Below, one piece after another: positions 1-15,127 of a stretch of DNA of 64,000 nucleotides; position 1 is the first letter of the stretch; each line of letters opens with the position of its first letter. The translations under genes and the position numbers were made by a program. The notes under the pieces were generated by a model, which was not told where the DNA came from, did not search any database, and saw only the letters and a program-made list of their open reading frames with translations. This stretch comes from Octopus vulgaris (taxonomy: Eukaryota), in NCBI GenBank assembly GCA_951406725.2, contig OX597814.1, positions 106,020,001 to 106,084,000 on the forward strand, in the 5' to 3' direction.

Positions 1-326
1 ATGTATGTATGTATGTCGAAATAAGCATTCCCGTTGCATTAGCTAAGACGGTGAATACAAACACAACCAGCATTCGCGTATGGATAAATAGGCTCCGACA
101 GAGAGTGAGGAGAAGAGAGTCAGACATGGAGTGAACCAGATGAAATATGAATGCACATGTATATAATTAAATGTATTTGTGTGTTACCACTAATGGCAGG
201 AGATGTGCTGAAATAAATATTTATTTGCTTATATACAAGAACCTTTGATGTATCAACACTGTGTTTTTAACATATTGTATTTATTATATATACTAACCGC
301 ACATCATAATCATATACATACATATA

Positions 327-395
<69 letters not shown>

Positions 396-616
396 ATACA
401 TATATGTATATATCATATATATATATACATGTATATATATATACATATATATATATATACAAACATATATACATACATATGTATAGATATATATACATAC
501 ATGCATATATATATATATATGTGTGCGTGTATACATATATATATATATATACAAACATATACACATACATATTCACACATACATAGATACACACATACAT
601 GTCTATATATATATGC

Positions 617-653
<37 letters not shown>

Positions 654-1431
654 CAAACATATATACGTACATATATATACATATATACATAGATACACAC
701 ATACACAGACATACATACATATATACATAAATGCATATATGTGTGTGCGTGTCTGTGTATATGTATATATATATATACATATACACATATATATACACAC
801 ATACACATATACATACACACACACATACATGCCTGTTTATGTGTGTGTGTGTGTATGTGTGTGTGTGTATGTGTGTGTGTGTGTGTGTGTGTCGAAAGAA
901 GCATTCTTGTTGCATTAGCTAAGACGGTGCTTCTAGCGCGAAGGCGCTGAGATGCTAGTGGTGAGTGTTTGTACTTGTGTTGGGTGGAGGGTTATCCATC
1001 TACCGAGTACTCTTACGATCTATCTCCAATATACTACTAAATATAATGTGTTGCGGTGAACGGCAAGATTTTCCATTTGCTTGTTTTACTTTGACAAAAT
1101 AGACATGTTTTATTTATGCACCACTCTCCCTCTCCCCTCCCTGTCTCTCTGTGTATATATGTATATATATATATATATATATATTACAGATGCATTCATA
1201 CTTTATATATATGCAGAGTGCGACGGAAAGACCTCCCTGATTGCACATGGGCATTGCGTGGCGTTAGGGAAGTTAGACAAGCGGTAACGGTGCTTTAATG
1301 TAGCTAAGGTTTTATCGTCTGTCTTTCAGTACGGACTCGTTTACACCCTGTGCTCGCTGTTGAAACGTTTACCAACCTGCAAAAATGTGGGAGGATTTTT
1401 ACCGCACCCTACACACGCACACAACACAAAC

Positions 1432-2593
1432 GTTTCTCCAGCAATATCATCTATTGCATCTCCTGCTCTCTCTGCCATTCCCTGTACATCGGACAAACGG
1501 GACGCCGCTTGGCTAACCGGTTCGCGGAACACCTCCGAGACATCCGCCTCGCCACTGGCACTCCAGTCTAACGCCATTTCCGCTCCACCGGTCACTCCTT
1601 GCAACACCTGTCTGTGTTCGGATTGTCCTTGCACACAGAGGCCATCCGGATTCCCGCTCTTTTACGCCATTTGGGATTCCCGCTCTTTTACGCCATTTGG
1701 GTTCAACTCTCCCTCCCTTTTCATCTAACCTCCTCTCCGACTCCTACTTCTCTTCACTTCTACATCTTTTCACCCTACTCTCTTTCTCTATTTTCCCCTA
1801 CTCTCTTTCCCTTCTTCCCTCTTCTTCCCTTCTTTCCCTTCTTCACCCTTCTTCCCTCTTCTTCCCTCTTCCCCTCTACTCTCTTTCTCTCTTCTCCCTT
1901 ACTCTCTTTTCCCTTCTCTCTTTCTCTCTGCTCCCTCACTCCCTTTCTCTCCCCTCTTCCCCTCCCCCTTCCCGTGCCCCTCTCTTCTCTTCTCTCCTCC
2001 TCTCTCTCCTCATAAACCCACCCACCCCTACTTCAACTTCCCTATCCTTACCACCCCCTTCCCCCACTCTACTCCAACCCCCAGCCGAACCCACACCCAC
2101 CTGTACTTTTCCCAATCTCCCATTCCCCACTTTCCCACAACATCACACCACACTACACTACACCATGCAACATTACACATCACATCACAACACACCACCC
2201 ACACACCCACACACCATCCCCACATCTCCACACCCACACATACATACACACACACCAGACCACCAGCCCTCTTTCACACGCTCATACATACTCTCTTATA
2301 CACACACGCACCTTTGTATTGGGGGCACCTTCGTATTGGAAGTCACTTGACCCTGTTATTTCCCCTACTGTCTCTCTCGCGTTTGACCGTTGTCCGAAGT
2401 CAGGACGCCATGATAGATCGTTAGCTACTACACGTATATTTTTCTCTCCTTGTTTCTCTCCTTGTTTTTTTCTTTGTATCTTTCTGTCGAAGAGCGTAGG
2501 CTCGAAACGTAAAAGACTTTTTGTATTCCTGAGCGCTATACTAATACATTTGTTTGTTTGTACTCCACCTGCCTTCGTCTTTTGTTTATTTTC

Positions 2594-2596
<3 letters not shown>
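1432..2596 (+). mobile_element. Penelope-like element 3' end: GIY-YIG endonuclease remnant, CT-rich spacer and pseudo-LTR with hammerhead-like motif
   Basis: Translation SSNIIYCISCSLCHSLYIGQTGRRLANRFAEHLRDI...RHF...H carries the GIY-YIG and CCHH residues typical of PLE endonucleases, with a stop at 1569-1571. It ends in FTPFGFN, the PLE C-terminal P.G.N motif. A pyrimidine-rich tract follows, then a segment (2320-2596) homologous to 45760-45920, 50620-50800 and 37170-37350. The element ends in (TA)n. Confidence 0.8.
2479..2516 (+). ncRNA. Minimal type I hammerhead-like ribozyme motif (A6U core variant)
   Basis: UCUUU-CUGUCGA-A-GAGC-GUAG-GCUC-GAAAC-GU-A-AAAGA. Stem I is UCUUU/AAAGA, stem II is GAGC/GCUC, stem III is the palindromic ACGU and the cleavage triplet is GUA. 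Confidence 0.7.
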
Positions 2597-2653
<57 letters not shown>

Positions 2654-2998
2654 GGAAGTAAGAAGAAAAATAGGCGAAAATGCACATTGAAAATCAAAAT
2701 TATGAAAACTAACGATAGATATATACAATTAGATGAACTGAGGTAGGAATACAAGTAATAAAAGTCATTATTGTGAATTGTTAAAGAGAATCAAAGGCAT
2801 ACAGGTTTTGTAAAATTACTGATCCCAGCTTTGAATGCACACCGATTACCGAACGGTGTCAGGTCTACTAGTCCCTGAGTAAAAAGATTATGTGTAAGGG
2901 AGGTAAGTAGTTCTGGATTTGGTGCAATTAGGGTGTATGGGATGCATGGGTGGTATTAATTGAAAGGTTAGCAGTGTTATGTATTAAGTTATGTGTTC

Positions 2999-3064
2999 AT
3001 ATTGAGTTGTGGAAAATAATTATTGATGAAAATATTGAGTTGTGGAAGATATTTATTGATGAAA
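2999..3064. repeat. 33-bp tandem duplication
   Basis: atattgagttgtggaa(a/g)ata(a/t)ttattgatgaaa occurs twice, head to tail. Confidence 0.8.
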
Positions 3065-3089
3065 GTTGCCGGAAACGGTAGCGGACTTT

Positions 3090-3340
3090 AGTCCCTACCT
3101 CGACGGCTTGTTGCGTCTCTCGACGACCGACTATGAGCGCCGTGGAAGGCAGATAACTTCAGTCGAAATTGAGGATGCCTTTGTCGGCTGCATGAGACGC
3201 AAGTCTCGATAGGGTCGACCATCGGTACCTGGAGGCTGTCCTCAAAGCGGTTGGCTTCGGCGCCGTCTTCAGAGGTTGGGTCGCTGCAATGCACAGCGGC
3301 ATCTGCTCAGTGGTCAAAGTTAATAGCTTCAGATCTCTCG
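3090..3340 (+). mobile_element. L1/Tx1-type LINE ORF2 fragment with internal deletion
   Basis: Translates to ...QITSVEIEDAFVGCMRRKS joined to DRVDHRYLEAVLKAVGFGAVFRGWVAAMHSGICSVVKVNS. The latter matches the L1/Tx1 RT motif AFDRV.H.YL..VL...GFG..F..W. Confidence 0.7.
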
Positions 3341-3547
3341 ATCTGTCCGTCAAGTGTGCCTTCTCTCCTCTCTGCTGTGAGGCTTCACCCTTTATATACA
3401 ATATATATTGCTAGTAGCGGTAGCGAACCCCTACCATCCTCCAGCAGACAACAGGGTCGCCAGACTGACTCAGTTTCGAGCTGGTTGGCTTATCCTTAGT
3501 CGCGAGCATCTGGTCACCGGCGTCGCATTGATTTTTACGACTAGCTA

Positions 3548-3613
<66 letters not shown>

Positions 3614-3678
3614 AATTAAGGACTATCAATTTCTACCCTCAGTAGATTAATTGACACAATCCTTTCATTCACACGTTG

Positions 3679-3724
<46 letters not shown>

Positions 3725-3798
3725 TTATTTAATATTTAATTCTCATGCTTTCTATGATATATAATATATATATATATATACGTATATATAGATATATA

Positions 3799-3857
<59 letters not shown>

Positions 3858-4123
3858 TATATGAATATTCTATAATTATAAACATAATTATAATCAGGGG
3901 TCAGCTAATTTCTTCGCACCGAGCACCTGTTCAGGCAACGTCGGTTTGATGGAGGGAGTGACCAAGCCTACGGCACATACATTTGCTCACTAGAAACAAA
4001 TCATTTGTGTTGGTCGTTCGGCAAATGATGAAATCACTCACATGTCATCTTCAACAGGAGACTCCATCATATATATGTTAATATACATATATATACATAC
4101 ATATATATATATATATTAATATA

Positions 4124-4502
4124 TCTCATATAAAATCCGTTCTGTCTGTCTGTGTGTATCTCTTCTATGATCTCGGGCATCCTCCATCCGATTGCGCTCA
4201 AATTTGATATGTACATACCAACGGTATCAGTTCGTATATAAGTCTTGAAAAAATTACAAAAATCGATTCCAGGTGATAATGCGATCAATAAAGCCGTGGG
4301 AACGTACATTTGCAAAATCGTTTTTCTTGGAATTGAAAAAAGGTCTATCTTTATTTCTTCTTTTGCTGGTGCCTCAAATTTTGGTTAAATCAGTGTTTCT
4401 CAAAGAGGAGGCTTATGGGACGGTCGGAAAAGTTGTCTTGAGAAAATTTAATTTAAGTGTTCGACAACTCAGCACCGTCCATTGGTCGGGGGCCGTTTTG
4501 CT

Positions 4503-4504
<2 letters not shown>
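4124..4504 (+). mobile_element. Probable non-autonomous Helitron-like element
   Basis: Starts with TC inside TA-rich DNA, followed by short (TCTG)n and ccgattgcgctcaaatttg, which is typical of Helitron/DINE-like 5' regions. It has a GC-rich subterminal segment and ends CTTG|T, one change from CTAG|T. Confidence 0.5.
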
Positions 4505-4544
<40 letters not shown>

Positions 4545-4549
4545 CACAC

Positions 4550-4600
<51 letters not shown>

Positions 4601-4609
4601 TATATATGA

Positions 4610-4648
<39 letters not shown>

Positions 4649-4791
4649 ATATACATACATATATATAAACATATATATATATATATATAGATATACATAA
4701 ACATATATACATATGTATATATATATATACATATATATATATACGTATGTGTATATATGTATATATGTATATATATATATGTGTGTGTGTG

Positions 4792-4865
<74 letters not shown>

Positions 4866-5295
4866 TATTCTTCCCTGTGTCTGTTAAAACTTATGTCTTT
4901 ACTTCCACACACGCCAGCTTAATTTAATTCGTCCTTAGTCGAAAGACACCTGTTGTTATGTCCTGTTAATTGCATTTGTGTAACCTTCTCAGTTTATTTT
5001 TCGTCCTTGTTTTCGTATACATTCGCTGCTTTCTTCCAAGGAATCTAATGCCCTTAGCTTAGTTTTTCCTTGGGGCTGGCCAGATTGGAGCAATCTCGAG
5101 TATAACCAGCCGTAATTGCAAAGATAATCTGGAACTCGACAGAGGAAAGAAAACTCCGAATGACCTGTTCCTGTTTTCTTTGTATCATCTATCTGGATGT
5201 TTTGTTGTTCTTTTCTTGTATCACCTAACTGTCTGGATGTTTTGCACTGTTGTCCCATTTTGTATATATATATATATATACACATACACACGCAC

Positions 5296-5350
<55 letters not shown>

Positions 5351-6703
5351 CACACGCACACATGTGTGTGCATATATGTATATGCTTTTGTATGTTTGTG
5401 TCAGCGTGCATATGATTGTGTATGTGCATATATGTGTGTGAGTGTGTTTGTTTATATCAAACCTCAGTGGTTTTCTTTTCCTAACGCTCTGTATTCGTAT
5501 TCTCCTTATCTTCTATTCGTTCACTTCTCTACCACCACCACCACCACCACCACCAACTACTACTACTACTACTACTACTGCCGGGGCTTCTGATCTCTAG
5601 ATAAGTTACTATGTTCTTTTCTTTCAACCCCTAATAATACCAAAGTCCCTTTTGTTCCAGACATTTTACTTTTATCAAATTCATTTAACTATTGACAACA
5701 GGACCTTAATCTCCCTCCAGTCGCCCTAAACCTTCCAGTGTCACTATGTAAGTCTATCATTTGACATTATCAAGTCGAGATAAATCACACAATATGTCTT
5801 ACTTGTTTGTCTTTCCTCCACCGTGACCCCCTCCCCACACTTACATTTCCACCCCGCTCCACTCACTGTTCACATTTCTTTCACTTAACATTCCTTTCTT
5901 TTATCCCCCCCCTTTTTTTTTATAAATTTCAACTTATTTTATTACAACATCCACCGACGAACACAACATTTGTATACAATCCAATAAATACTTCCAGATT
6001 TATGCCAACGAAAATCTCTTCTGGTTCCCGTGTCTCTCCCAGTAAAATAGCAACAACAAACAGCAGATAACTATCTGGGTATCCATACTTAACGAATGTA
6101 TACATCGTAGAAAGGTATAACGCTGTAGTTTCTGTCAGAAAAAAAAAAATCTTTCATAGACATGCTTTGTTAAAAATACTATATATATATATCAGAGCGC
6201 GGCGAGCATTACCCCAGCAGTAACTCACAGGAACGTCAGCCACGTTTCGGCTTTATTGGCCCCGATATGTTTATGGAGGGATTTTCTCTCTGGCAAAAAT
6301 CTCAATATCATATTTTTCAAGGGTGTATAGATTTTAAATATAATACACAGGTGGCTATTTACTGCAGTTGTTATTGTTGCTGCGGGTGGTATTGTTGTGA
6401 TTGTTATTTTTGTTATTGATACCGTTATGTAGATTCAGGACAGTTCTGGTCGAGCAGACATACGTTTAAAGGCGCTCCATCCATGAGCATCCCTCCTTTT
6501 TTACGGACACAGTATATTCATGACCATATTACTTAATGCCCTCCCTTTTGTTAATCGGCTCCCTTAGTGACATCTAACTGCTATTTCTAACAGATATCGG
6601 ATAGAGTAAGAATATAGCGCATCTGTCGTTAGTCCTTTCACTGAAAGTAAACCTTTTATTTAAATATACCATCATTACTCAACAAGTCCACCTCTACACT
6701 GTT

Positions 6704-6735
<32 letters not shown>

Positions 6736-7139
6736 GCATATACATGCACATATACATACATATATATGTATGAATATGTATAACACTCTATTTTGATAAC
6801 CTGTTGTGTGGACAGGGTTTCCCTTTGACAGGGCACTGGTTATGAGGATACCTAGCATTTAAGCTTAAAGCTTCAAATTTAGATGGTTGAAGTTGCTAAG
6901 TCACCTCGGTGTAGGGCTAGCACTGCTATATATAGTTTGCAGCAGACGTAAGGCTCGATTTGTGTAGAAGAGGTTACAACTTTGGTCCCTCTTCTTTATT
7001 AGAAACTTTACCAGCCATATAACATAATAATATACTAGAAACTATATATTATATATATGTATGATATAACACACATGCACACACACACACATATATATTA
7101 TATTGGATGGTACAATTGGTAGAGCGAGGTTGTTTACCA

Positions 7140-7460
7140 AACTTCTCGACTTGGCCTTCACCCTTTTTATTAACTAATAAATTCAAACGAAGACTGAATC
7201 TTACATAAGAATTCCTGAGTAAAGGATTCCATCTTAAAATCTGCTTCAATAGTTTTGGATTCGTTCTTCCATTTATTATGTTCTGTCAGATATTCATGGT
7301 GGAAAAATAGCCCTGCATAAAGAAATCTCATGCAGGACTTGTGAGGTTGCCTACAGCAGATTTACACTTAATGTGGAAAATAGGGAAGTCCTCGTTAGCA
7401 AGGGGTTCTTGGTTCGATACTATTTTGAGGATCTTTTCATTTTTTTCCACTCTCGAACTG
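7140..7460 (-). mobile_element. Degenerate Tc1/mariner transposase C-terminal fragment
   Basis: The minus strand gives SPA*DFFMQGY and LLRNSYVRFSLRLNLLVNKKGEGQVE, which resemble the SPDL.P.DFF..GY and RF..RL..V...EG...E motifs. Confidence 0.5.
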
Positions 7461-7601
7461 TTGATTACGAATGTGCGTGCACACGTGTGTGTAGCTCTGC
7501 GTGTATATGAATATATAGAAATGTCTATTTGTATATTTTAGCGTTTGTATATTTATAAAGACATATGTGCATGTATGTATGTGTGTACTATTGTGTATAA
7601 G

Positions 7602-7710
7602 TGTGTGATGTATCTATAGGTGTGATATATCTATGTGTGTGATGCATCTGTGTGTGTGTGATGTATCTGGGTGTGTGATGTATCTGTGTGTGATGTATTT
7701 GTGTGTGATA
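7602..7710. repeat. Short minisatellite, about 14-18 bp unit tgtgtgatgtatct
   Basis: About seven variant units are visible directly. Confidence 0.7.
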
Positions 7711-8577
7711 CACACATTCATGGTACAATAGCCATACATATGTATTTATATTCATGTATATATCACATATCTTTTTATTCTGTCATTGTTAATCGCTGCC
7801 GTTCGTTTCCTATAACCATGTTACTCTTAAGTCTTCTTCATCCTCTTCTCCAATTCAAGCATTTCTTCACTCTTATTTTCACCGATTCCATATTCGTAAC
7901 ACTTTTCTCAGAATGGCTTTTACAAACAGATGTGCTCCTACTGTGTAGTTCTTAGTTATTTCAGTGTTATTTCTTACTCACAAGCCTCATACAACATAGA
8001 CGTTACTGTGTGATAGTTAATCTCCAAATCTTAATCCTTACTTGTTTACTAAACTTTATCCTAAACCGCATATTAATTCCCATCACACAGTCATTTTACC
8101 CAATAATCTTACATCTCTTATTCTCGTCCACTTCTGTTATGTAATCCTAAACTCTTTTCTTAAAACCAAAACCTTCTTCCATTCAATAATCCTAAACTCC
8201 TTTACATTTCTTTAATCCTTTCTTCTATTGCTTTCAAAATTTTCGAAAAATATGATTAAAAAATCCCTCTTGTACAGTTAAAAAATTTGCTTCGTTTTAT
8301 ATTTACAATGAAAACAGTTTTATCATGGTGATCGATATTAATAAGAATATAGTAACGATAACAACAACAGTGACATCAACAACACTTCATTTAATATGTA
8401 TGAAAATTCATATCAATTAGTAAAAATTTCTAAACGAATAAACTATGTAGAAATACATCAAATGAAAGGAAGAATTTATTTTTTAAAATCCTTTAAAATA
8501 TTTCACTGAAATTAAAAGAAACTGCTGAAATCTATTGTTCACATTATTTCACATTCACTTTTCCATTTATATATATA

Positions 8578-8722
<145 letters not shown>

Positions 8723-8742
8723 CATATATATATATATATATG

Positions 8743-8804
<62 letters not shown>

Positions 8805-9960
8805 ACACACACACACACAAAGATGTATGTATATGTCTATTGTGATAATGTCAGTTATATAAGTACGTAGACATGCTTATGTGTGTATGTATGTATGTAT
8901 GTATCTATGTATGTATTTATGTATGTATTTATGTATATATGTATTTATGTATGTATGTATGTATGTATTTATGTATGTATTTATGTATGTATGTATGTAT
9001 GTATGTATGTATGTATGTATGTATGTATGTATGTATGTGTAACTGTTAATCCTACTGCAGAATTTTGTTTATTCCATCAGGTTATTTAGATTGTTTAATC
9101 CTCTCCATTTGTGTTTCTTTGTCGATATATTTTGAAATCTTAAATTATTTAATCAATATTTTAAATTTGATTCAGAATTATTATTTCTACACAAGCTGCA
9201 GAACAATGTTAATTATATATTCCTGTTAATACAACGCAACCAGAATTCTCTAAAACATTCTGTATGTTGTCATGGAGAGGACTTCATACTGAACAGATAT
9301 CAATGAACTGTTTTACTCACACAAATATTAAGATATTAAAGTTTCGCTTGGTTACCAGCTTCATGTTTATAAGGGGGATTCTGTGACATTCATGCTTTTC
9401 TGAAGGTCATTAGCAGCATGGGTAAAGTGGATATTGGGCATGAAATGTCACCAGGATAAACTTCAGGCTTTTGGCTACATTCAGGGGAGGTCACTCCGTA
9501 GCTAGTATTCTCAAAAGACCCTGATTTTTTCTGCAACCAGATTTTCTAAATAAACTCGAACCTGGAGCTGTTCAGATCGGGTGTCAACTGCAACAGAGAC
9601 ATCATTTTTGAAGAAACAGAAAAAGTCAAAGGCACGGCTTGTCTTTTATTCATTCCTAAATAAAAAAAAACCGGATATCTGCCTCGGCCGGGAATCGAAA
9701 CCCCATCCTCGTAAAGACGACAACCTCAGAGCCAAACTCTTCGTGGCTGGCTGCTCCATGCAATTCATCACTAAGCCGTATAACATTATATGGTTTTCCG
9801 GCAAGCTGTATTTATTAGACGCTAAAACGGAGAATAGGGAAAACAGCTGCCATATATCTCCATCGTTCTTTTTATCTTTCCCTAAGAATTTATTCTGTGT
9901 GTCAAGACAGATAGACATTAATAGGAATACTTCATAAAAGTAACATTTTTATTCATCCGT

Positions 9961-10036
<76 letters not shown>

Positions 10037-10491
10037 TCTCCCTCTTTCTATATATGCTTACATCTATCACGGGAGTTCTCTATTTTTCATCTTCTATCAT
10101 CTAAATGACTCAAAACTTATCGTCTTCCTTACATGAACCGCATTACTTAAAAAAGACACCAACTTCTGCCAATCAGCCATGTGGAATTAATTGCAACCGA
10201 GAAGAATGAAGAGTGAAGTTGAGTCAACGGCAAGGAAACTGATCATCTCGCACCGGTTGGGAACCCCATCCGCACACATACATACATACATACATACATA
10301 CATACATACATACATACATACATACATACATACATACATTCATACATGCATACATTCATGCATACATACACACACACATACATACATATATACATACATA
10401 CATACATACATATATACATATATACATATACATATACATATATATACATATATACATATATATACATATATACATATATACATACATACAT

Positions 10492-10553
<62 letters not shown>

Positions 10554-10640
10554 GCATGCGAAGATTGCTATCATTCTATATATGCATAAGTATAAATATA
10601 TATATAAATACACACATATATATACATATATATATGCATA

Positions 10641-10697
<57 letters not shown>

Positions 10698-10736
10698 ATG
10701 TATGTAGTATGTATATATGTATGCATTATGTATAAA

Positions 10737-10785
<49 letters not shown>

Positions 10786-10822
10786 TATAAATATACATAA
10801 ATATATATATATATATATATAT

Positions 10823-10878
<56 letters not shown>

Positions 10879-11115
10879 GTTTAATGATATATATATGTGT
10901 GTTTGTGTGTGTGTGTATATACATACACACGCATATATGTATGTGCATGTATGAGAAGAGGGTATATGTCAGTGTGCTATGTTGCTTTGAAAAGAGAAGA
11001 AAGATAAGAACAGCTGCACATAAAAACAAACCACACAAAATATTAGACTAATATAAATAACATATTGCTGTGGATATATATGTAGACAGAAACACACACA
11101 CAGGCACACGCGTGT

Positions 11116-11153
<38 letters not shown>

Positions 11154-11326
11154 CAAAACGTCTCTTATTGTACATCAACAAAGATGTACATACATATGTT
11201 TACAATCAGTCACATCTATTCATATTCATACACCACATACGTATATACATATGTACTGCGATATTTCCCACTTTGAAAATGCATGTATGTGCGCGTGTGT
11301 GCGCGTGCATACTTATACACACGGAC

Positions 11327-11369
<43 letters not shown>

Positions 11370-11450
11370 CACGCACACGCGCGCACACACACACACGCAC
11401 GCACACACAAGTATATACTAACAGATAGGCAGATAGATAAATAGATAGAC

Positions 11451-11521
<71 letters not shown>

Positions 11522-11550
11522 GAGATGGACAGACAGTCAGACAGACAGAC

Positions 11551-11689
<139 letters not shown>

Positions 11690-11999
11690 TGACTTTGATT
11701 CTACAGAGGGATGAAAAATATCTCAGTAATAAATATATAACCTTTTACTGGTTGAGAATAATAGTATGATGTGTGTGTGTGTGTGTGTGTGTATAAAGAT
11801 AGATAGATAGTTAGATAGATAGATAGAAATATATCTATCTATACATATATTCTATGTAAGAGACACAGTGTGGTAGAGAGACAATAGAGATTACATGTGT
11901 ACAAACGCATAAGCATAAAGTCACATATATTCACAAATAGATATAAGGAATGTTTTTACAGAAAAAAATAGTTATGTATTTGTGCCTTTGCTGCATGGA

Positions 12000-12047
<48 letters not shown>

Positions 12048-12058
12048 ATAATCTTAAC

Positions 12059-12108
<50 letters not shown>

Positions 12109-12398
12109 TCTGTATGAGAAAGAGATTGACACATTCGAGTAGTAATAGTATATGTCATGAATAAAAAATCAAATTTGATATATGAATATATGTGTATAAT
12201 TGCATATATACATATACATACTTACGCGCGTACATACATACATACATACATACATACACACACACACATATATGTATGCATGTGTGTGGGTGTATGACTT
12301 TGAATGTGCATATGAATATATATATATATATATATATATACGCACACGCACATACACATCTATATACACAGAAATAGAAATATATGGAGAAATAGATA

Positions 12399-12508
<110 letters not shown>

Positions 12509-12523
12509 CATACATACATACAT

Positions 12524-12572
<49 letters not shown>

Positions 12573-13189
12573 TATGCGTACTTGCAGATATATTTATTCT
12601 TATCTAAACATATTTATGCTCACACGCACACATGTTCATGCGCATGCTCTCAAATACACAACAAAAGGCGCACACACACACACTAACACACACATTCGCC
12701 CACGCATTCCCTCACATACACAATGCATGGATGGCCCGAAATCATTGTCAGCAAGACGTATCTCTGAGCCAACATCAAAGTGTTGCAACCACAACAACAA
12801 CAACAACATCAACAACAACGAGAGAACAGAGACTACATCTGATGGCGATATTTTTGTTTTGTTCCGTCCATCATTTGTATTCATCTGTCATCTAATGGTC
12901 ACCGCCATCGACCCCGAAACAAACAACAAGTTTATCATTTTCTTCTTATTCTCCCGTTTTGTTTTCTTTCCATTCCAGCCCCCACCCCCTCCCCCTACCC
13001 AAACACTTCTATTTTTCATGTTTTGTTTATTCATTTATATATTTATTTATTTCGCTTTGGTGTTCTACTCAAAAACAAAAAACAAAGAGGAGCGATTCTG
13101 TGCGAATATCGACAGATAAGGTGATAACTCTGTGCTTGTGTGTGTGTGTGTGTTCAGAAGTAATGAATGATTGGTTCGTGTTCAAATTC

Positions 13190-13362
13190 TTGTTGTTGTT
13201 GTTGTTATTGTAGTTGCTTGTTCTCGTTGGTGGTATTGCTGTTCTTAAAGTTGTTGCAGCTGTTTTTGTTGTCCTTGGCGGAAGTGGCGTTGTTCTTCTT
13301 TCTACTGTTGCTGCCGTTGCTTTCTGTCATACTGGTGGTGTTATTATTATTATTATTTGTAG

Positions 13363-13400
<38 letters not shown>

Positions 13401-13842
13401 CTTCTTCTTCTTCTTCTTCTTCTTCTTCTTCTTCTTCTTCTTCTTCTTCTTCTACTTCTTCTTCTTCTACTTCTTCTACTTCTTCTTCTTCTGCTTCTTC
13501 TCCTTCTTCTTCTTCTTCTTTTTCTTCTTTTTCTTCTTCTTTTTCTTCTTCTTCTTCGTTTTCTTCTTCCACTCATCCTTCTTCATCTTTTCCTTCTTCA
13601 ATTCTTCTTCTTCATCATCATCATCATCATCATCTTCTTTTTCTTCATCTTTTCTTTCTCCAATTCTTCTTCTTCATCATCATCATCATCTTCTTCTTCT
13701 TCTTCTTCTTCTTCTTCTTCTTCTTCTTCTTCTTCTTCTTCTTCTTCTTCTTCTTCTTCTTCTTCTTCTCCTCATTATTATTATTATTATTATCTTAATT
13801 ATTATTATTATTATTACTACTACTAGTAGTAGTAGTAGTAGT
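13190..13842. repeat. Compound trinucleotide microsatellite
   Basis: Consecutive tracts of (TTA)n, (TTG)n, (TTC)n, (ATC)n, (TTC)n, (TTA)n, (CTA)n and (GTA)n. Confidence 0.95.
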
Positions 13843-14204
13843 GGTGCTCTTATTTCTTGTTATTGTTGTTATTGGTGTTGCCGTTGTTAGTGATATTTTG
13901 TAGTAGTAGTATCAATAGCAGTAATAGTTGTTGATGTTGTTGGTGCTTACCATTGGTTTACTCGTGTTTTTCCTCCACTTCCAGCCCTGACCACTCCATC
14001 TCATAAATTGACTGTTTTATTTGTCAACGTCCCCTTCCTTTTTTTAAATGGCATGTTTTGATTGAAGAGTGATTTAGCTGCCATATCTAGCAGATCAATC
14101 GTTGTCTAATAATGTTGTGATTTATTCGTTATCGATTTTGCTGTTTAATTAGTTGTATACTAATAGACGGTTGATTACTACTTCTTATCCTTGATTAATT
14201 AACT

Positions 14205-14635
14205 AGTTACATAGTTGCCCAATTGCTTGGTTACCTGGTGCCTGGTTGCCTGGTTATCTAGTTACCTGGTTACATAGTTACCTAGTTGACTGGTTGCCTG
14301 GTTACCTAGCTGCTTGGTTGCTCGGTTATCTGGTTGCCTGGTTACATAGTTGCCTATTTGCCTAGTTGCCTGATTATCCGGTTGCCTGGTTACATAGTTG
14401 CATATTTGTCTGGTTGCCTGATTATCTGGTTGCCTGGTTACATAGTTACCTGGTTACATAGTTGCCTGGTTACATAGTTACCTATTTGCCTGGTTGCCTG
14501 GTTACCAAGTTGTCTGGTTACATAGTTGCCTATTTGCCTGGTTGCCTGATTATCCAGTTGCCTGATTACATAGTTACCTATTTGTCTGGATTATCTGGTT
14601 GCCTGGTTGCCTGGTCACCTGGTTTGTTGATTTGT
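14205..14635. repeat. 8-bp-unit minisatellite (TRGTTRCC) with 48-bp higher-order period
   Basis: The units tggttgcc, tggttaca, tagttgcc, tatttgcc and tgattatc recur in the same order. Confidence 0.85.
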
Positions 14636-14976
14636 TGCTACTTAGCTGTATGTTGTTTCCTAACCTAGTTCACCTTGGCCTACATTATCTAATGTTCCCT
14701 TTTCTTTTTTAAGACAGTGGAGTGTCATTTCAGTGAGACATTATTACCATTTCTAACCTGCCAAGATGTTCCCTTTCTGAATCGATAATTATTTAATTAA
14801 ACAAATTTATGTTGCAAATTAATTAAGTAGTGGCTTGGTTAGCAACCTGACATGGAGTTAATTACTTGATTGGTAAATTAGTAATTATATCAAATCAATG
14901 TTCTTGGCCACGTAAAAAAAGAACGAAAAATATCTAGGCTTCGGTCATAGAGGCTTCCTCAAAATGGAGAAGAGAA

Positions 14977-15019
<43 letters not shown>

Positions 15020-15072
15020 GACAGAGAGACAGAGACAGAGAGAGAGATACAGAGAGACAGACAGATAGCGAG

Positions 15073-15127
<55 letters not shown>

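Noticed and set aside
4866-5240. T-rich block between TA tracts with hairpin ccagatt/aatctgg
   Set aside because: Probably another pseudo-LTR-type repeat, but it has no second copy in the window and no intact ribozyme core.
9680-9760. B-box-like ggtttcgattcccggccgaggca on the minus strand followed by a T run
   Set aside because: No matching 5' acceptor strand or D arm, so it is not a supportable tRNA gene.
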